In this document: positions 37,876 through 51,200 of the stretch, piece after piece | Layout: each line of letters begins with the position of its first letter | Numbering within the stretch: position 1 is the first letter of the stretch | Origin: Hydrolagus affinis | Taxonomy: Eukaryota | DNA: 61,709 bases | NCBI GenBank assembly: GCA_012026655.1 | Contig: JAAILG010001794.1 | Span: 1-61,709 of the forward strand | Direction of reading: 5' to 3' | Made by a program: the position numbers and the translations under genes | The notes under the pieces: generated by a model | What the model saw: the letters and a program-made list of their open reading frames with translations, nothing else | What the model was told of the DNA's origin: nothing | Databases searched by the model: none

Positions 37876-39617
37876 AACCTCCCAAAAGCACATTCTGGTT
37901 TCCCAAAGCCCGTCAATCTTTGCCTGATACTTTCTGGAATTAGGTAAGCAGAGTGCATCTCTTGGTGGAAAGAGCGTGCATTCCTTTCTAGACAAGTGGG
38001 AAATGTCATGGTTAGATGGCTTACATTTGTGTCAGATTTCCGGTCTGGTTTGCATGGCTATGTGTTTTCCCATGTATCAGACACAACAGCAACAAAATCA
38101 AAATCACACTTGTATAGCGCCTTTCACATCAGGAGGATGTCCCAAGGCGCTGGACAGTCACTGTTTCAGACCCAAGCTGGGGGAGGGAAGGGTCGTATTA
38201 GTAAAAATCCTCAGGAAAGTACACTACAAACCGTGCAAGTAAACTTCTGGGACCCAGGCAAACCCATGCTCCTTAAGTTTTGGGACTGACCTGTGCACAG
38301 TTCTTTGTACTAAAGGTTGCAATACAAGAAAGGATAAACCAGCATTCACTAGAGCAGCAACTGAGTGGATAACAGTCGAACTGGATAAAGGTCCAGCTGT
38401 TTTGCAACAAATCAAAATATTCTTCAAGTCCTGTGTCATTAGAAAGCCCAACAAGAACTGAGCTAAGATAACGAAAACAGACTCAATCTAAAACAGAAAG
38501 CTCTATGAGCGACTGCAGCAAATAGCAATTGGAACTCCTGATTTTCCACATGATTTGTTCTTTCTTTCTGAATCATTCCATTCAATGCAGTAATCAATTC
38601 AAGTTACTTAATGGCCCTGCTATATAAATACACCTCAGCTCCTGACTCATGTCTGGTTCCTTGATGGATTAGTAATATCTTCCTGAAGGCTGGAGTCACT
38701 TCAAATCATTAAAGAGAAATTGGAAAGATAAGCACTTATTTCTCTGCGACTGTCTGTATTACCGAGCCTATGCAATTCAAAATTCAACCTCTAAACACTG
38801 TGAATGTTATTCCCTGCAAATATCACAGAGACTCATTGTTTACTGACCCAATTTACTGGTTCAGCACTTGCCACCAAATCCTGCTGAACTCCTGCTCAAT
38901 GCAAACCACGGAGAGTTGTTGAACAAATCACCAAAAGTGTGAATTTCAGCACAGTTTACACCATTGAAAGAAAGAAATAGAAAAGAGAGCCAGGATTTCA
39001 TGGTGAGGATGGTTTGGAGTGGTTACAGACCTTTCTTGGAATTAAATGAGATCGATAGAATGTCACATTTACATCATCATTTTGTCTGACCGGTAACGCT
39101 CGATTTATGGTAATCACTTCCAGAAGTTCTAGTCAAAAATAAATACAGATCTTCTTTCCCAAAAGAGCAATCGATACAAGTATATTCTAAAGACCATTTG
39201 TGAATAAAATGACAGTAATAATAATGATTAAGAATATAATGGCAGAAGTTGTGTTTTAATACACTTTTGTTAAACCCTAAGTAAAAATAATATTTAATAC
39301 AACAATTTATGACACTGAAATGTCGCAAAGCTCTATACACAATATATTAGTTTGAAATATTGTACTGTACTGGCTGCTAAATGACAAACAGACAAATCAG
39401 TAACAGCAGTGTCTCATAAACAGTAATGACATGAAGAATTAACTAATATATTTCATTTTATGATTTGGGGAGAAATATTGGCCATGACATGAGAAATCAC
39501 TGTTCGATTCCAAATTTTTAATGGGATCCTTAACATCCTATATTGGCTTCATGTTTATTCTAAAGAACAGCATTTTTCATTCAATGGCTGCACCCTTTCA
39601 GTTCTGCAATGAAGCAT

Positions 39618-40055
39618 TACAACAACAACAACAACAACAAAATTGCACTTATATAGCGCCTTTCACGTCGAGAGGACGTCCCAAAGCGCTGAACAGACTG
39701 GTCGGGACCTGAGTGGGGGGGCGGGGGGGTGGGGGTGGGGATGGGACGGGGTAGGGGGAAGGGGAAGGAGAGTGGGAGAGGGGGAAGAGTTAGTGGGGCA
39801 GCCGAAGGCGCAGTCGAAGAGGAAGGTCTTGAGACCGGCCTTGAAGGAGGAAAGGGAGGAAACAAGGTGGAGGGGCTGCAGAATGGAGTTCCACAGTATG
39901 GGAGCAGAGAGGCTGAAAGCCCGGCCGCAGATGGTTGGGTGGTTAGGATGGTGGACGTGGAGCAGGCCTGAGTCTGCTGAACGGAGGGTGCGGGCAGGCT
40001 AATAACTGATAGTGGGGGCAATAGCCTTGAAAGTGAGGACAAGGATCTTGAATTT
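39618..40055 (-). mobile_element. L2 LINE 3' end, relatively young
   Basis: (CAA)n tail, intact stem-loop, retained CpGs; very similar to 46872-47085 in the opposite orientation. Confidence 0.8.
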
Positions 40056-40194
40056 GAGATTAGCCAAAATGATGAGCTCAAGTCCTGGGTGTGAGGTTCA
40101 AACTCATACCCCTCTGACACAGAATCAGGTTTCCTAGCACTGAGTTAAATTGATATTGGTACGATAGCCTATAAGCTTTGGAAATTTGAAATGC

Positions 40195-40655
40195 AACATG
40201 AATAATTATACAGCACAGAGGAAGCCATTTAGCCCCTCGTGTCTATGCCAGCTCTTTATAAAGAGCTGTCCAAATCAATTTCACTCCCTCGCTCTTTTCC
40301 CATAGCCTTGCAAACTCGTCACCCCAAATAATTCTATACTTTTCTCTTAAAACTTGTTGTTGATTCGGCTTCCACCACCCTTTCAGGCAATGGATTCTAG
40401 ATCCGAACAACTCAAATCAAATCTAGACGTAAATTTAAAAACTTCTATTAAATCTCCTCCTTCTCTGCTCCAAGGGGAATAATCCTAACTTTTCTAGCCT
40501 CTCCTGATAACTGAAATCTCTCATTCCTGGTACCATCTGGTAAATTTCCTTTGCACCCTCTCCATTGCCTTAACATCCTTCCTAAAGTTCAATGCCCAGA
40601 ACACAATACTTTATCTAAGGCCTAACCAGTGTTTTATAAAGATTTATCATAACAT
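40195..40655 (-). mobile_element. CR1-clade LINE 3' fragment
   Basis: Typical CR1 antisense motifs (ttccaccaccctttcaggca, ctctgctccaaggggaataatcctaac, tgcaccctctcca...acatccttcct, ggcctaaccagtgttttata). Confidence 0.7.
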
Positions 40656-41368
40656 GAATACAAAAATAGCAACTAACATCCAACACCTCAACTCTCACTT
40701 CCAGCCAATACTGTTATATGCCTTGGAATAGCATCTGACGTGAAAGTCAATTGTTTTGGTTTCATGCATCCAGATATTCTAATAATCTTAAGGGATATAC
40801 AAGGTGTCTTGTTTGACTCACTGGAGCATTTTACCTCTTCATAGGGTTTAGGAGAACTGCAGACTGAAGACTGCCTGAATACCTCAACAATAACAAAATT
40901 ACATTTATAGAGTGCCCTTCACGTCGAGAGGAAGTTAGAGCACCTCTCTCTAACACCACAAAATGTGGGAAAGCCATGCGTAAATGCCCACTATTCTGCC
41001 ACTACATGGTGTAACTCATTAAAACCCATTGAATTCCATAATTGTTGTGGTCTACTTGTTGCTGTCTACTTTGTCGTGCCCCTTAATAATCTCATAGGTT
41101 TCTATAAAATTCCCTCTAATTCTTCTATATTCCAGAGAATATAGGCCCAAATTAATCAACCTATCGTCATAACTTTTATTCCGAGTGTAATAATCCCTAA
41201 AAAAAAATGCTAATAATAATTTGGACACTCAATCAGCAAATGTTTGTCGGACACTGTTTTGCGCAATTGGCTGTCACATTTTGCCCACAAAATGTACAGT
41301 GAATTCAGTTTACACTATATTCTGTGAAGCGCTTTGAGACATCTTAAAGATGTGAAAAGGTGCTAATA

Positions 41369-41850
41369 TACAACAACAACAAAATTACACTTGTGTAGCC
41401 TCTTTCACATCAGGAGACGTCCCAAGGAGCTGGACAGCCACTGTTTCAGATCCAAGCTGGGGCTGGGAACGGGGAGGGTGGAGGGAAAGGGGGGGAATCT
41501 GGTGTGACCGATGGGACTGTCAAAGAGGAGGGTCTTGAGGCGGGACTTGAAGGAGGATAGCGAGGAGGTAAGGCAGAGGGATTGTGGGATGGAGTTCCAG
41601 AGGATGGGGGCAGAGTGGCTGAAGCTCGCCCACCAGTGGTGGGACACGTTGGTCGTGGTACACAGATCAGGCCGGAGCCTGCTGAGTGGAGGGGGTGGGC
41701 AGGTTGGTAGGGGAGTAGGATGTCGTAGATGTAGGGTGGGGCGAAGCCATGCAGGGCTTTGAATGTGAGGATCAGGATCTTGAATTGAATCCTCTGGGTG
41801 ATGGGGAGCCAATGGAATCGGATGAGGATGGTGGAGATGGGAGTCACAGA
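41369..41850 (-). mobile_element. L2 LINE 3' fragment
   Basis: Peptide FHWLPITQRIQFKILILTFKALHGFAPPYI plus the 3' tail. Confidence 0.85.
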
Positions 41851-43043
41851 GCTTGGAGCAGTACAGCACACGGCCGCAGAGTTCTGGAATATCTGTAGCT
41901 GATAGAGCGAGGAATTGGGAAGGCTGACATGCAGAGCATTGGCATGGTCAAGCTGGGATATTGTATATCAAACGCAAGGATTATTAACCACACTTTTTCC
42001 TCTTTGACATGTCCTCCAGATGTGAAAGGTGCTGTACCAAATGTAAAGATTATTATCATTCCAGAATGATGTGGCAGGGATTTGAGATAAAAGCTCACTA
42101 AGCTGGCTGTAAAACACTGTTCTTTCACAGCCTCATCCTTTCTACATCTTCATTTTTTTTTAGACAAGCTGTGCTGTCTCCGCTTTTAAACTATTGATGC
42201 ACACATGTGTCATTACACTGACAGAACACTGATCTTTGCAGCGCCCGACTTGGATAACATTTGCCTGCAGCCCTCTCACTGCCACTCTGGTGCCCTGCTC
42301 CTGTGATGCCCCATGTAATGCAACTCTGTGCTGCTCTTCGACGCTGAGGTCAATGCCCCTATATTCTGCTGCATCCCACTGAGTAGTCGGTTCTCTGGGA
42401 TCCAAAAGACAGCTAACTGAGCCAGCAGCAATGATTGCAGCGCATCTGATTTGTGATTTAGTTCAACATCAGTGACAACCAAATCTGGTTAATCTGACAG
42501 CCATTAATTAAACAGTGCCTAGGGTGGGGAGGCGAGACGATGACATTTCTAATAGAAGCACTGCAAGCAATAAGTTCAGTTCAAAAGCAATTAAACTACA
42601 GCACTGATTATTGGGGTCAGCTCTGGCATACAACCCTCCAGGCAGCAGACAAACTGTTATTGAGAAAAGTCCGATAATATCAGTTGGAAACATTTTCAAA
42701 GCAAGATATTATAACTTTGCTGACTTTTTTTAAAATTGTAAAACACATTTAAGACATTGAAATATTTGAATAAGTGATGAAAAAGAACAATGCTTTGCAG
42801 GATCCTCAATTTGTACAGGACAACTCTGTTGTAACGCATTCTGGCGTCTGGTTATACTGCAGATACACCACGATTCCATACTAGACGGAAATGGCATTTC
42901 ACTTCCAATGCTGACTGGCCAAACTACATCAGCAGGAACCTGCTGACCCTGGAAGCACTGACATGTGGCCATCTTTTAGTGCACCTCCTTACAAGAGATA
43001 TTGTACTTCAATGGGATTGAGGCAGTTTACAAGATTACATTGG

Positions 43044-43348
43044 AGTCCTGTAGCTCAGTGGTTAGAACACTTGCCTTGCACACATGAGTCCTGGGTTTGA
43101 TTCCCAGCAGGGTGAAACCTCGGATACATTTCCTTACTCCACACACCTGATAATAATCCCTCAACAAAAAAAACTATAATAATTTGGCCACTCAATCCAA
43201 GACTGTTTGTGGGACACTGCTGTGTGCAATTGGCTGCCATGTTTCACCCACAAATATAGTCAATTCACTTTACAGTATATGCAGCAAAACGCTTTGAGTC
43301 GTGTAGAAACCATGAAAAGCACCATCAAATGCAAGGATTATTATTATT
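43044..43348 (+). mobile_element. tRNA-derived SINE, near full length
   Basis: Same family as 37555-37875. Confidence 0.85.
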
Positions 43349-43949
43349 GTTATTTATCTTTAGAGCTGTGTCACAGAAGAAGATTTACAGGCTGCAGATT
43401 GCTGGTGGGAGAGCAGCAGGTTAATGGATGCTGGATACCCTCTCCTGTGATTTTCCAGATTGTAATCTGAATCAATCAATGTTTAAATAATAAACACTGG
43501 TTGTCTGCATCACAAGACTGGGCTTCATAAATGTGAAATAGCTTCAATTCACCGCTACATTTTCCACCAAACCTTTTAACGCATTTGTGTAATTCAATGG
43601 TAACGAACAATCTTCTGTTAACACTCAATCCACAAAACACACTGTATCTTCACTTTAGAGTGTAATCTGCGAAGCACTATGGATGTCCACCTGATGTGAA
43701 AGATGCTACAAATGTAAGGACGATTAATGATTATTAATCTGCTGGTAACATAACAGAAACATACACAGGGATTAACTTGTGCACACAGCATTGTACATTT
43801 CAACATGCAAAGTAGGTCATCTGCATAGCAACCTCCTCTGTTAGTGGGGTGTTTCAAGACACATTAGTCTCTACATTTGATGTGGTTTACAACATCGGGC
43901 TCAGCCTCCAACAGGCCTCAGCCTGGTAGCCCTTGCAAAACAAGAAGGC

Positions 43950-44045
43950 GAACAAAAACAGAAGTTGCTGGGAACACTCAGCAGGTCAGCGACTTCTGTT
44001 TTTGTTTCAGATTTCCAGAATCGGCAGTATTTTGCGTTTTGTTTC
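43950..44045 (+). mobile_element. Penelope-like pLTR fragment, inverted arrangement
   Basis: aacaaaaacagaagttgctgggaacactcagcaggtc (inverted tail) joined to cagcgacttctgtttttgtttcagatttccag. Confidence 0.6.
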
Positions 44046-46871
44046 TAAGTTTGATGGTGATGGAGAAGAAACCTTCCTTGGCATTGATGACGGCAGTCGT
44101 CACCCTCGCGGTGCTTGAACATGTTGCTTGTCATCATTGCTCGGTGCCTTGAGGGAAACAATTTTGCCATTGCCCAGTAATGGTGGCAACGAGTCAAAAG
44201 GCATGAAAGTTTATTTATTATTTTTATACCAATTTTCATCAAGAAAAATAATTTCTGAAAATATCTTTGTTTGAAAGGCGAGATGGGAGTTATGACATCC
44301 CTTTGATGATTTTCAACCATGCTATTATGTCAGCCGATTTTTTCTGTGTCCCTGCTTTATAAATATCAGATATTGTGAAATCTGTACTAGTCATCACATC
44401 CTCCCCACTCCATTGTCAACTTGATGGCTTACTGTCCAGAAACTTGATAATCCTCCCATAAGGAGCATTCATTCAATCAAAAGCCTTAAATTCTCTTTAA
44501 GATCTGAGGAATTAATTGCATAATACTTCAGAAATTATGGATTTGAAATGAGAAATCTACTTAGTGTTACTTCAAAAATGAATATATAAATAATATATGC
44601 CAGGGATAATATATATGGCATCTATAAGAAACTTATAGTCTCATTCCCGGCTCTTTAATATTGATGTTATGATAGAATTTTAAATTTAATTCCAATCTTA
44701 TCTCTTAAAATATTCAAGCTGCTGTAGGGAAAGAGGGGAGGAGGGGGCGGCAAGGTGGTTGCTTGCTGCTGTTATCCCTCCCATGAAGTTCCCCTTACCC
44801 TACCCTGCATGCAGGGTGAGTTAAATGCAAGATGTTGTCATTATTGTTGTTAAGTGGATGGAAGAAGCATCAGCAATAGCATGTGTGCATTTTGCCAAAG
44901 CCATTGCTCCACAGCTCCCTGACCCCACAAGTACTGATGCCAATAGGAGAACATTGATCAGCTGATCGCCTATGATCCAGCGACACAGCACAGCATGGAG
45001 TTCACAACTGGGACCTTTCAGCTCTGTCTGGCTCAGCTCCATTCCAAGATAAGATAATTAAAAAAAAATTACAGATGTCAATCACAAAACTATTAAGCTG
45101 TTTAAAAACTATGTCAATGGTGTCTAACTATCTAATTAAAATTAACTCTCATAAGAAGAGTAAAAGCTTAGACGGTATCATCTTCTTTCGGAATAAATCA
45201 TCATGCATATTCTTTTGATCCCCTTCAAGAAAATTTCCTCAAATTCCTTAAATAATGTATGGTTTCATTACTGAATTTCAACCTCTCCCTCTCTCCTTCC
45301 CACATACATAGAAAAGTACAGAGAAACTCTCTGTGATAGACCACCAGTAACCTAAAGCCATTTTGTTTGTTATTTAGTAAAAACAATTTATATGAAGCAT
45401 CTCATGTCGGGAGAATGTCTTACACTGTTTCGCAGGATTTACCATAAAAAGTGTCAGAAATGTCTATTTTGTAGGTGCATTATTTAGTTTGACATCAGTG
45501 ACAAAAACATCTAATTAATCTGACAACCATTAAATAAATGGTTCCATAGATGGAACGAAGACAGTGAAAAACTGCTGTTGCCATTGACGACACCTTCCCT
45601 TCCAAAAATAATTGAAAGGCATGAACATGGTTTATTTTTAATGATTTTCACTGTTTAGTTCTTCCCCCTCCCTCCCCTCACCACCACACTTGCCTCGCCC
45701 CCAAAGCAACCCCAATTCAAACCTTGCATTTGAAAAAGTGTCTTATCCATGTCATTGTGACATCTCAAACTCTTACATGCCTCTGCTGCAATATGTACGT
45801 TCTGTGGCAGCTTGTGTGGGAGCGAGGGAATATACAACACTCAGCACAGGGATGCTGGACAGCTCTTGTCAGCCAATGATACCGACTGTATGAGCAAGGA
45901 TCAAATTAATTGCATGTTCCAGTGAAATGCATTCAGTTAAGATGACAAAGTCAGACAGTTGTACCCAGAATCATTGCTCCTCTCCATCTCCGTGCTCAAA
46001 TTCATCTTGCTGCCCATTCACTGTGAGCAGCTAAACAGCCCAACATATGGCACCTTGCTGTTGTAGGAATGATCTCTTTGTTTTCCTCTAGTCTACAGTG
46101 TCGCCAGCACCACCGGCCGAAGGTAGTGTAAGGACAGAGTATGGCTGCGGGATAAACAATGACATTTACCTCAAGCACAATCCACAGGACAGCATGCTTC
46201 AATTGCTAGCAGTATCGGGTTGAATCGGGATTTTTCACTAAAGGCAAATTACATTTTTTTTATGCCTTGGGTTGCACAAAAATTAGAAGAAACAAATTTT
46301 ACTTTAGGACTAATATCCTCAAACCAAAATTAAATTGCACTCAGCTGGTACATGTGCGAAACAAAGAGCTGTCTGCTGCTTTAGAAACAAATTAGATGGG
46401 GTAAAATTTTAATGAGTTCAACCACTTGCAACAAAACTGGAAACACTCAGTCCCACATTACTTTGATGAGTAAACCAGACAGAAAAAAACAGGAATCAGA
46501 ATTTGAATTGTAAATTATTGATTCACATTCTAAAAGACAAACTCTCACACACAGTGTTTGTATTCTCTCATAAATATTTCAAAGATTCCAGGAATGAAAA
46601 GCTTTGATAGGATCCTGGATGTTTTGCACTTCATTTAATCCTGTATCAAATAGCTCAGTGAAGATCGATACATGCTGCACAAGTGAAAAGCTTCACTAAG
46701 TGCAAGAGTGCTGCAACATATGGAAGTGCTTCTGAATAGGGGGGGAGGGAAAAAAAAGCAGTAAAGCTGCATTAACACAAGCAGAACATTTACAAAATGT
46801 ATTTTGCTCAACTTGCATTTCTTCAATTAGTGGGTGCAGACATTCGTGTCACTTGGAAAGTTAATCAACAC

Positions 46872-47085
46872 TCAAGACCTTCCTCTTCGACCACGCCTTC
46901 GGCTGCCCCAGTAACTCTTCCCCCTCTCCCCCTCTCCTTCCCCTTCCCCCTACTTCGACCGAACCCCACCCCCCCACCCCCCACCCGCTTGGGTCCCGAC
47001 CAGACTGTTCAGCGCTTTGGGACATCCTCCCGAAGTGAAAGGCATTTTATGAGTGTAATTTTGTTGTTGTTGTTGTTGTTGTTAT
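46872..47085 (+). mobile_element. L2 LINE 3' end
   Basis: C-rich 3' UTR, stem-loop and (TTG)n tail. Confidence 0.8.
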
Positions 47086-47878
47086 TGATTATTTAATGTG
47101 CAAATCTGATTTGTGTGGGAAGCTGTGAATCTGATGAGTAATTAGATCCTCTCAGCAGGCCCAAACAAGTCTTTTCACTGTAAGACCATTCCAAAGGGAA
47201 GAAATCTAATCCTTTATGCCTTGATTGGAATGCAGAGAGGTAAGCAGCTGTTGGTGAAGCCCCACACTTTCAACTGCTGGAAGTAGTTACTACTGATCAG
47301 ACCAGAATGGGTGTCCTGGGTAGCGGGCAGGGGAAAAGTGACAATGCTCACTCGCATTTCATGCTGAGATGCTTGCAAATAGTTTCTGACACCTACTCTC
47401 CATCTTATGAAATGTTCTTCTTTAGTGATCTCAAAGAATATCTCAATGTTGATTTCATGATCTGAGGCTTAGACTATTGACTAACATAAGGTTAACTGCA
47501 CATGACACTGCACCAAATGTCAGCCAAAAGCCAACAGTCGGGTTTTCTCTGAGTATTCAATCAAGTGAAACCTGTGTATATTATATACCATCAATCAAGT
47601 ATTGCAATTGCTGTTCCACAGCAAGTGCATTTTCATTGGCAAACTCAATTCAATATTGATTGGGACTAAATCATTTCCACCATTCTAGTACACAAAAAGA
47701 TGTACACAGCCATGACAGTGACCCCTGTCAAGCAGAGCTTCATGCTAATATCAATCCAGTATGTGCATTGATTTAGAGTTCATCCAAAGCTAATATTTAA
47801 CCTCTGAAAAATTGTCAGATTATCTGCACCCTGGGGCCAAAGCTCAGTGTGTCTTTGTAGGAGCTGCTGCAATAAGTA

Positions 47879-48206
47879 CAGGAAATCTTCTATTTATGTT
47901 GGGGATGCGTCCGTGGAAAACACGATGTTAGGTGAAACAACTTAAATCAAAACCTATTTTACAATTGACTTAAGGATATAAATTCAATGAGTGGGCCCCT
48001 GGTGGGTGCTGTGGCGTGGTGTGTCGTCATGTACGCTGCCCAAACTATAGCATACTATTTTGTGCATGTACATTTAAATTTTCCGTTATTTCAAAACAAC
48101 ATTAAAGTGAATCAACGCATTTTAAATCGAATCATGTTCCCTAATTCGCCAGTGATGCTAAAGCGAAACAACTTAAATAGGATCAACGTAAATAGAGGAT
48201 TCCCTG
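47879..48206. mobile_element. Tc1/pogo (Tigger-like) MITE
   Basis: Imperfect TIRs TA|caggaaatcttctatttatgttg ... caacgtaaatagaggattccctg, and a repeated gaaacaacttaaat subterminal motif. Confidence 0.7.
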
Positions 48207-51200
48207 TGTATACATTGCTTATTGTTGCATTGTGAAGCAATTTCACTGTAGGTACTGGAGTGAAATCAGCTGACAGGATTTAATGCTTCGAAACTGGTTC
48301 AAAGAGTTCACGTTATTTTTAAAGTGAACAGGTCAACCTTGTTCTTTCACTTCTGCTTCTTTCAGAAATGACCACCTGCTGCTATTCAACTGAGAGATGT
48401 GAAACTAATTCCAGGATTTCGCAGCTCCTAAGACACAAGCCAACGCTTCAGTCAGTACAACTCTTGTGGAGCAGCCACTGTTTTCTTTTGCTGCTTCTGC
48501 AGGGGCTGATGCAAACCCACCTGAGGTGTTTTTTTTATTAACAACTCGAGATTAAATACAGGCTCTGCACAAAGGACAAGCAATCGGGTTGGATGTCAGA
48601 CTCCACCCACGTCGATGCTAATTGCTCAAGGTTAAGGGAGAAGGAAACAATAAAAAGGATGGGATGGAAAAGGACAGGACGCTTTTCTTTCGGCGGAAAA
48701 GTTACAGGGAGAAAATTACATCTTTGGTATCTGAGCAGCAAGTTTAGGTTTTGAAAGACTCTTTCCTGAAAATGACGATGATTCAACAGATATTTTCTTT
48801 ACCAAAACTCAAATCAGACCTGCTTTTCCGAACCCTTTGAAGTACATCTTTGATCAGTTTATGATCTCTTTTTCCAAATCTGGCAACATTTTGTTGATAT
48901 CAAAGCAGTGTTTCCTGGTGTGAAGGATGCTATAGAAATGTAATTTTGTTGTTGTTACAGCAAAACCATGGAAATAGTGATATGAGAGGTTTCACTTTAT
49001 CACCACAAAAGGTCAGTCTCTCCTGGACTGTCAGGGAATATTTTCTGAAGGCAAATCAAGGGGAAAGCAAGAAGGAAGAATTAAGAAAAAATATCAGAAA
49101 AGACCAGTTCACTGTCATTGAATCCTGTTATTAAATTCTAATATTAACAAATTATTTTCTGTAGCTCATGCTTCACTGTAACAGACAAGCTTGAGCACCT
49201 GTGAATCTCCTAATGCACTTTCACTCAACTACCATTACTAACCCCACTGATGCTACTGCCTCAACCCTCCCCACCACCTCGAGAATCCTCCCCGCCCACC
49301 ACATGGGCTCCACTTGCCCTGCCTATCAGACCTCTAAACTTGTCTGTCCTCTCAATTCTCTCCTCCCGTATCTCCTGTATGGAAAACACAATCTACTCCT
49401 TTGACCCAATTCACACACCACAACTGGCCCCAAAACTTTCCCTCCAAGCCGACATCAACAACCTCTTCTCCACAGTACTGCAGTACCTTTCCTCCCCAAT
49501 ACATGCTTTCAAAACCCTCATGCAAGACCCTCATGCTCACCTTTAATTCCCTCCATACTCTGATCCCACTCTATTTCTGTTACCTCATGCAATCCAACAG
49601 ACCTGCCTGTTCACTTTCCTAAAATAATAAATTGGTTATTTCAATCCACGAATGTTTGTGGGACACTGCTGTGCGCAATTGGCTGCTGCGATTCGCCCAC
49701 AAAATGCAGTCAATTCACTTTCCAGCATATTCTGTGAAGCACTTTGAGACGTCTAGAATACATGAAAAGCACTCTATCAAATGCAAGTATAAAGATAAAA
49801 GAAGATAAAAGTCCCCAAAACTCCATACAGAAAGTCAGAAAGCAAAACTCTGTAATCGGAATGCCATAGAAATCAGAATATTGCAGCTCTCTATTTTAAA
49901 TATAAGAGGTCTAATTTAACACCCAAAGCCTCATGCATTTTTATTTACAATCCTAATTGCTTTTTGTGTAGGAATTAGCAGATATCATATTTTCAGCCAA
50001 TGTAAGAAAAAATAATAAAATAATTAGCAATTAATCTAGAATTGTTCACATTAGGGGGACATCTCAAAGTGTTTCTCAGGACTGTGCATTTTGTAAATCG
50101 AAGATGGTGAAGAGAGCATGGTGAAGCGGGCACCAGAGGTTGACAACTGCTGGTTAAATTCTGCTGGAATATCTGCTGGGAATATCTACTGTTGTCTGGC
50201 TCTAATATTGGAGGAAAGGGGACAATAAGCTTAAGTCAAATCCCAAATCTTTTAGCATAGAAGCTGATAATTAGTGCAACATTTAACCCATGTTCAATCA
50301 ACTGAATTTGATGCCACCTTCTCACCCCTCAGTAAACACAGCTGCGGCCTCATCTTTTATTGCTTTAAATTTGTATGAAAATGTAACCTTGCTTATCCTT
50401 ATTTAGTCTCAGAAAAAGACAAGCATGGTGCTGTATATCTAATAAATAAATAAATAAATAAATAATCCTTGCATTTGATGTAGCTACTTCCACGTCAGGC
50501 GGACGTTTCAATGTGCTTCACAGGAATTACTATTAAGAAGGTGCTGCAAAATGCAGCGTGTATTTTATAGGTGATCTCTCCCTCCACTCCTACCAAGTTA
50601 CCTAGGTCTTCACAGCCAGGGGTTTAATTTCTGTGACAGTTGGGCAAGTGGCTTCCAGGCCACTTCAGTGGGAATTACAATAAATACAAATCATAGAAAT
50701 TGGGCTGAAGGACAGAATCACTCTCACATGAAATGCACACCAAAATCTAAGTATTGCACTAGGCTATATTCTGCTAAATTTAAAACACTGGAATCAATTT
50801 TAAGAATGGGTTTGAGCTTTGACAGGGCTGATCCTAACTGAAACAGCATTATCAGCATGAATGAAGTGAATTTTAAACTGGGCACTAAATTATTTTTTAA
50901 TTTAATGATACATGTTGATGTCATGGTCTAAAATGCAGCAATTTCAAACTGGAATCCTTAGTCAGGATCCCATTAGAATTCCCATTGATCCACTAGAACA
51001 CTGAAAACAACCATGTTTCCCTAATTGGTCTGACTTGGATTCTTTGTGAGGAATCCCAGGAGAAACATAGCTAATTTGTCAATGGTATAAGTTCTTCTGG
51101 GAGCCTGGCTCAAGTATGATTCGGTCATTATTTATACTGCATTGTACATCTCTGACAACAAATTGTTGCTACTATCAGGGTGAATCACAAATGTAAATGT

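Noticed and set aside
43044-43115. tRNA-Ala-like sequence (also near 37555, 34560-34636 and 26835)
   Set aside because: These are SINE heads with A and B boxes, no complete cloverleaf acceptor stem, and they run into the SINE body.
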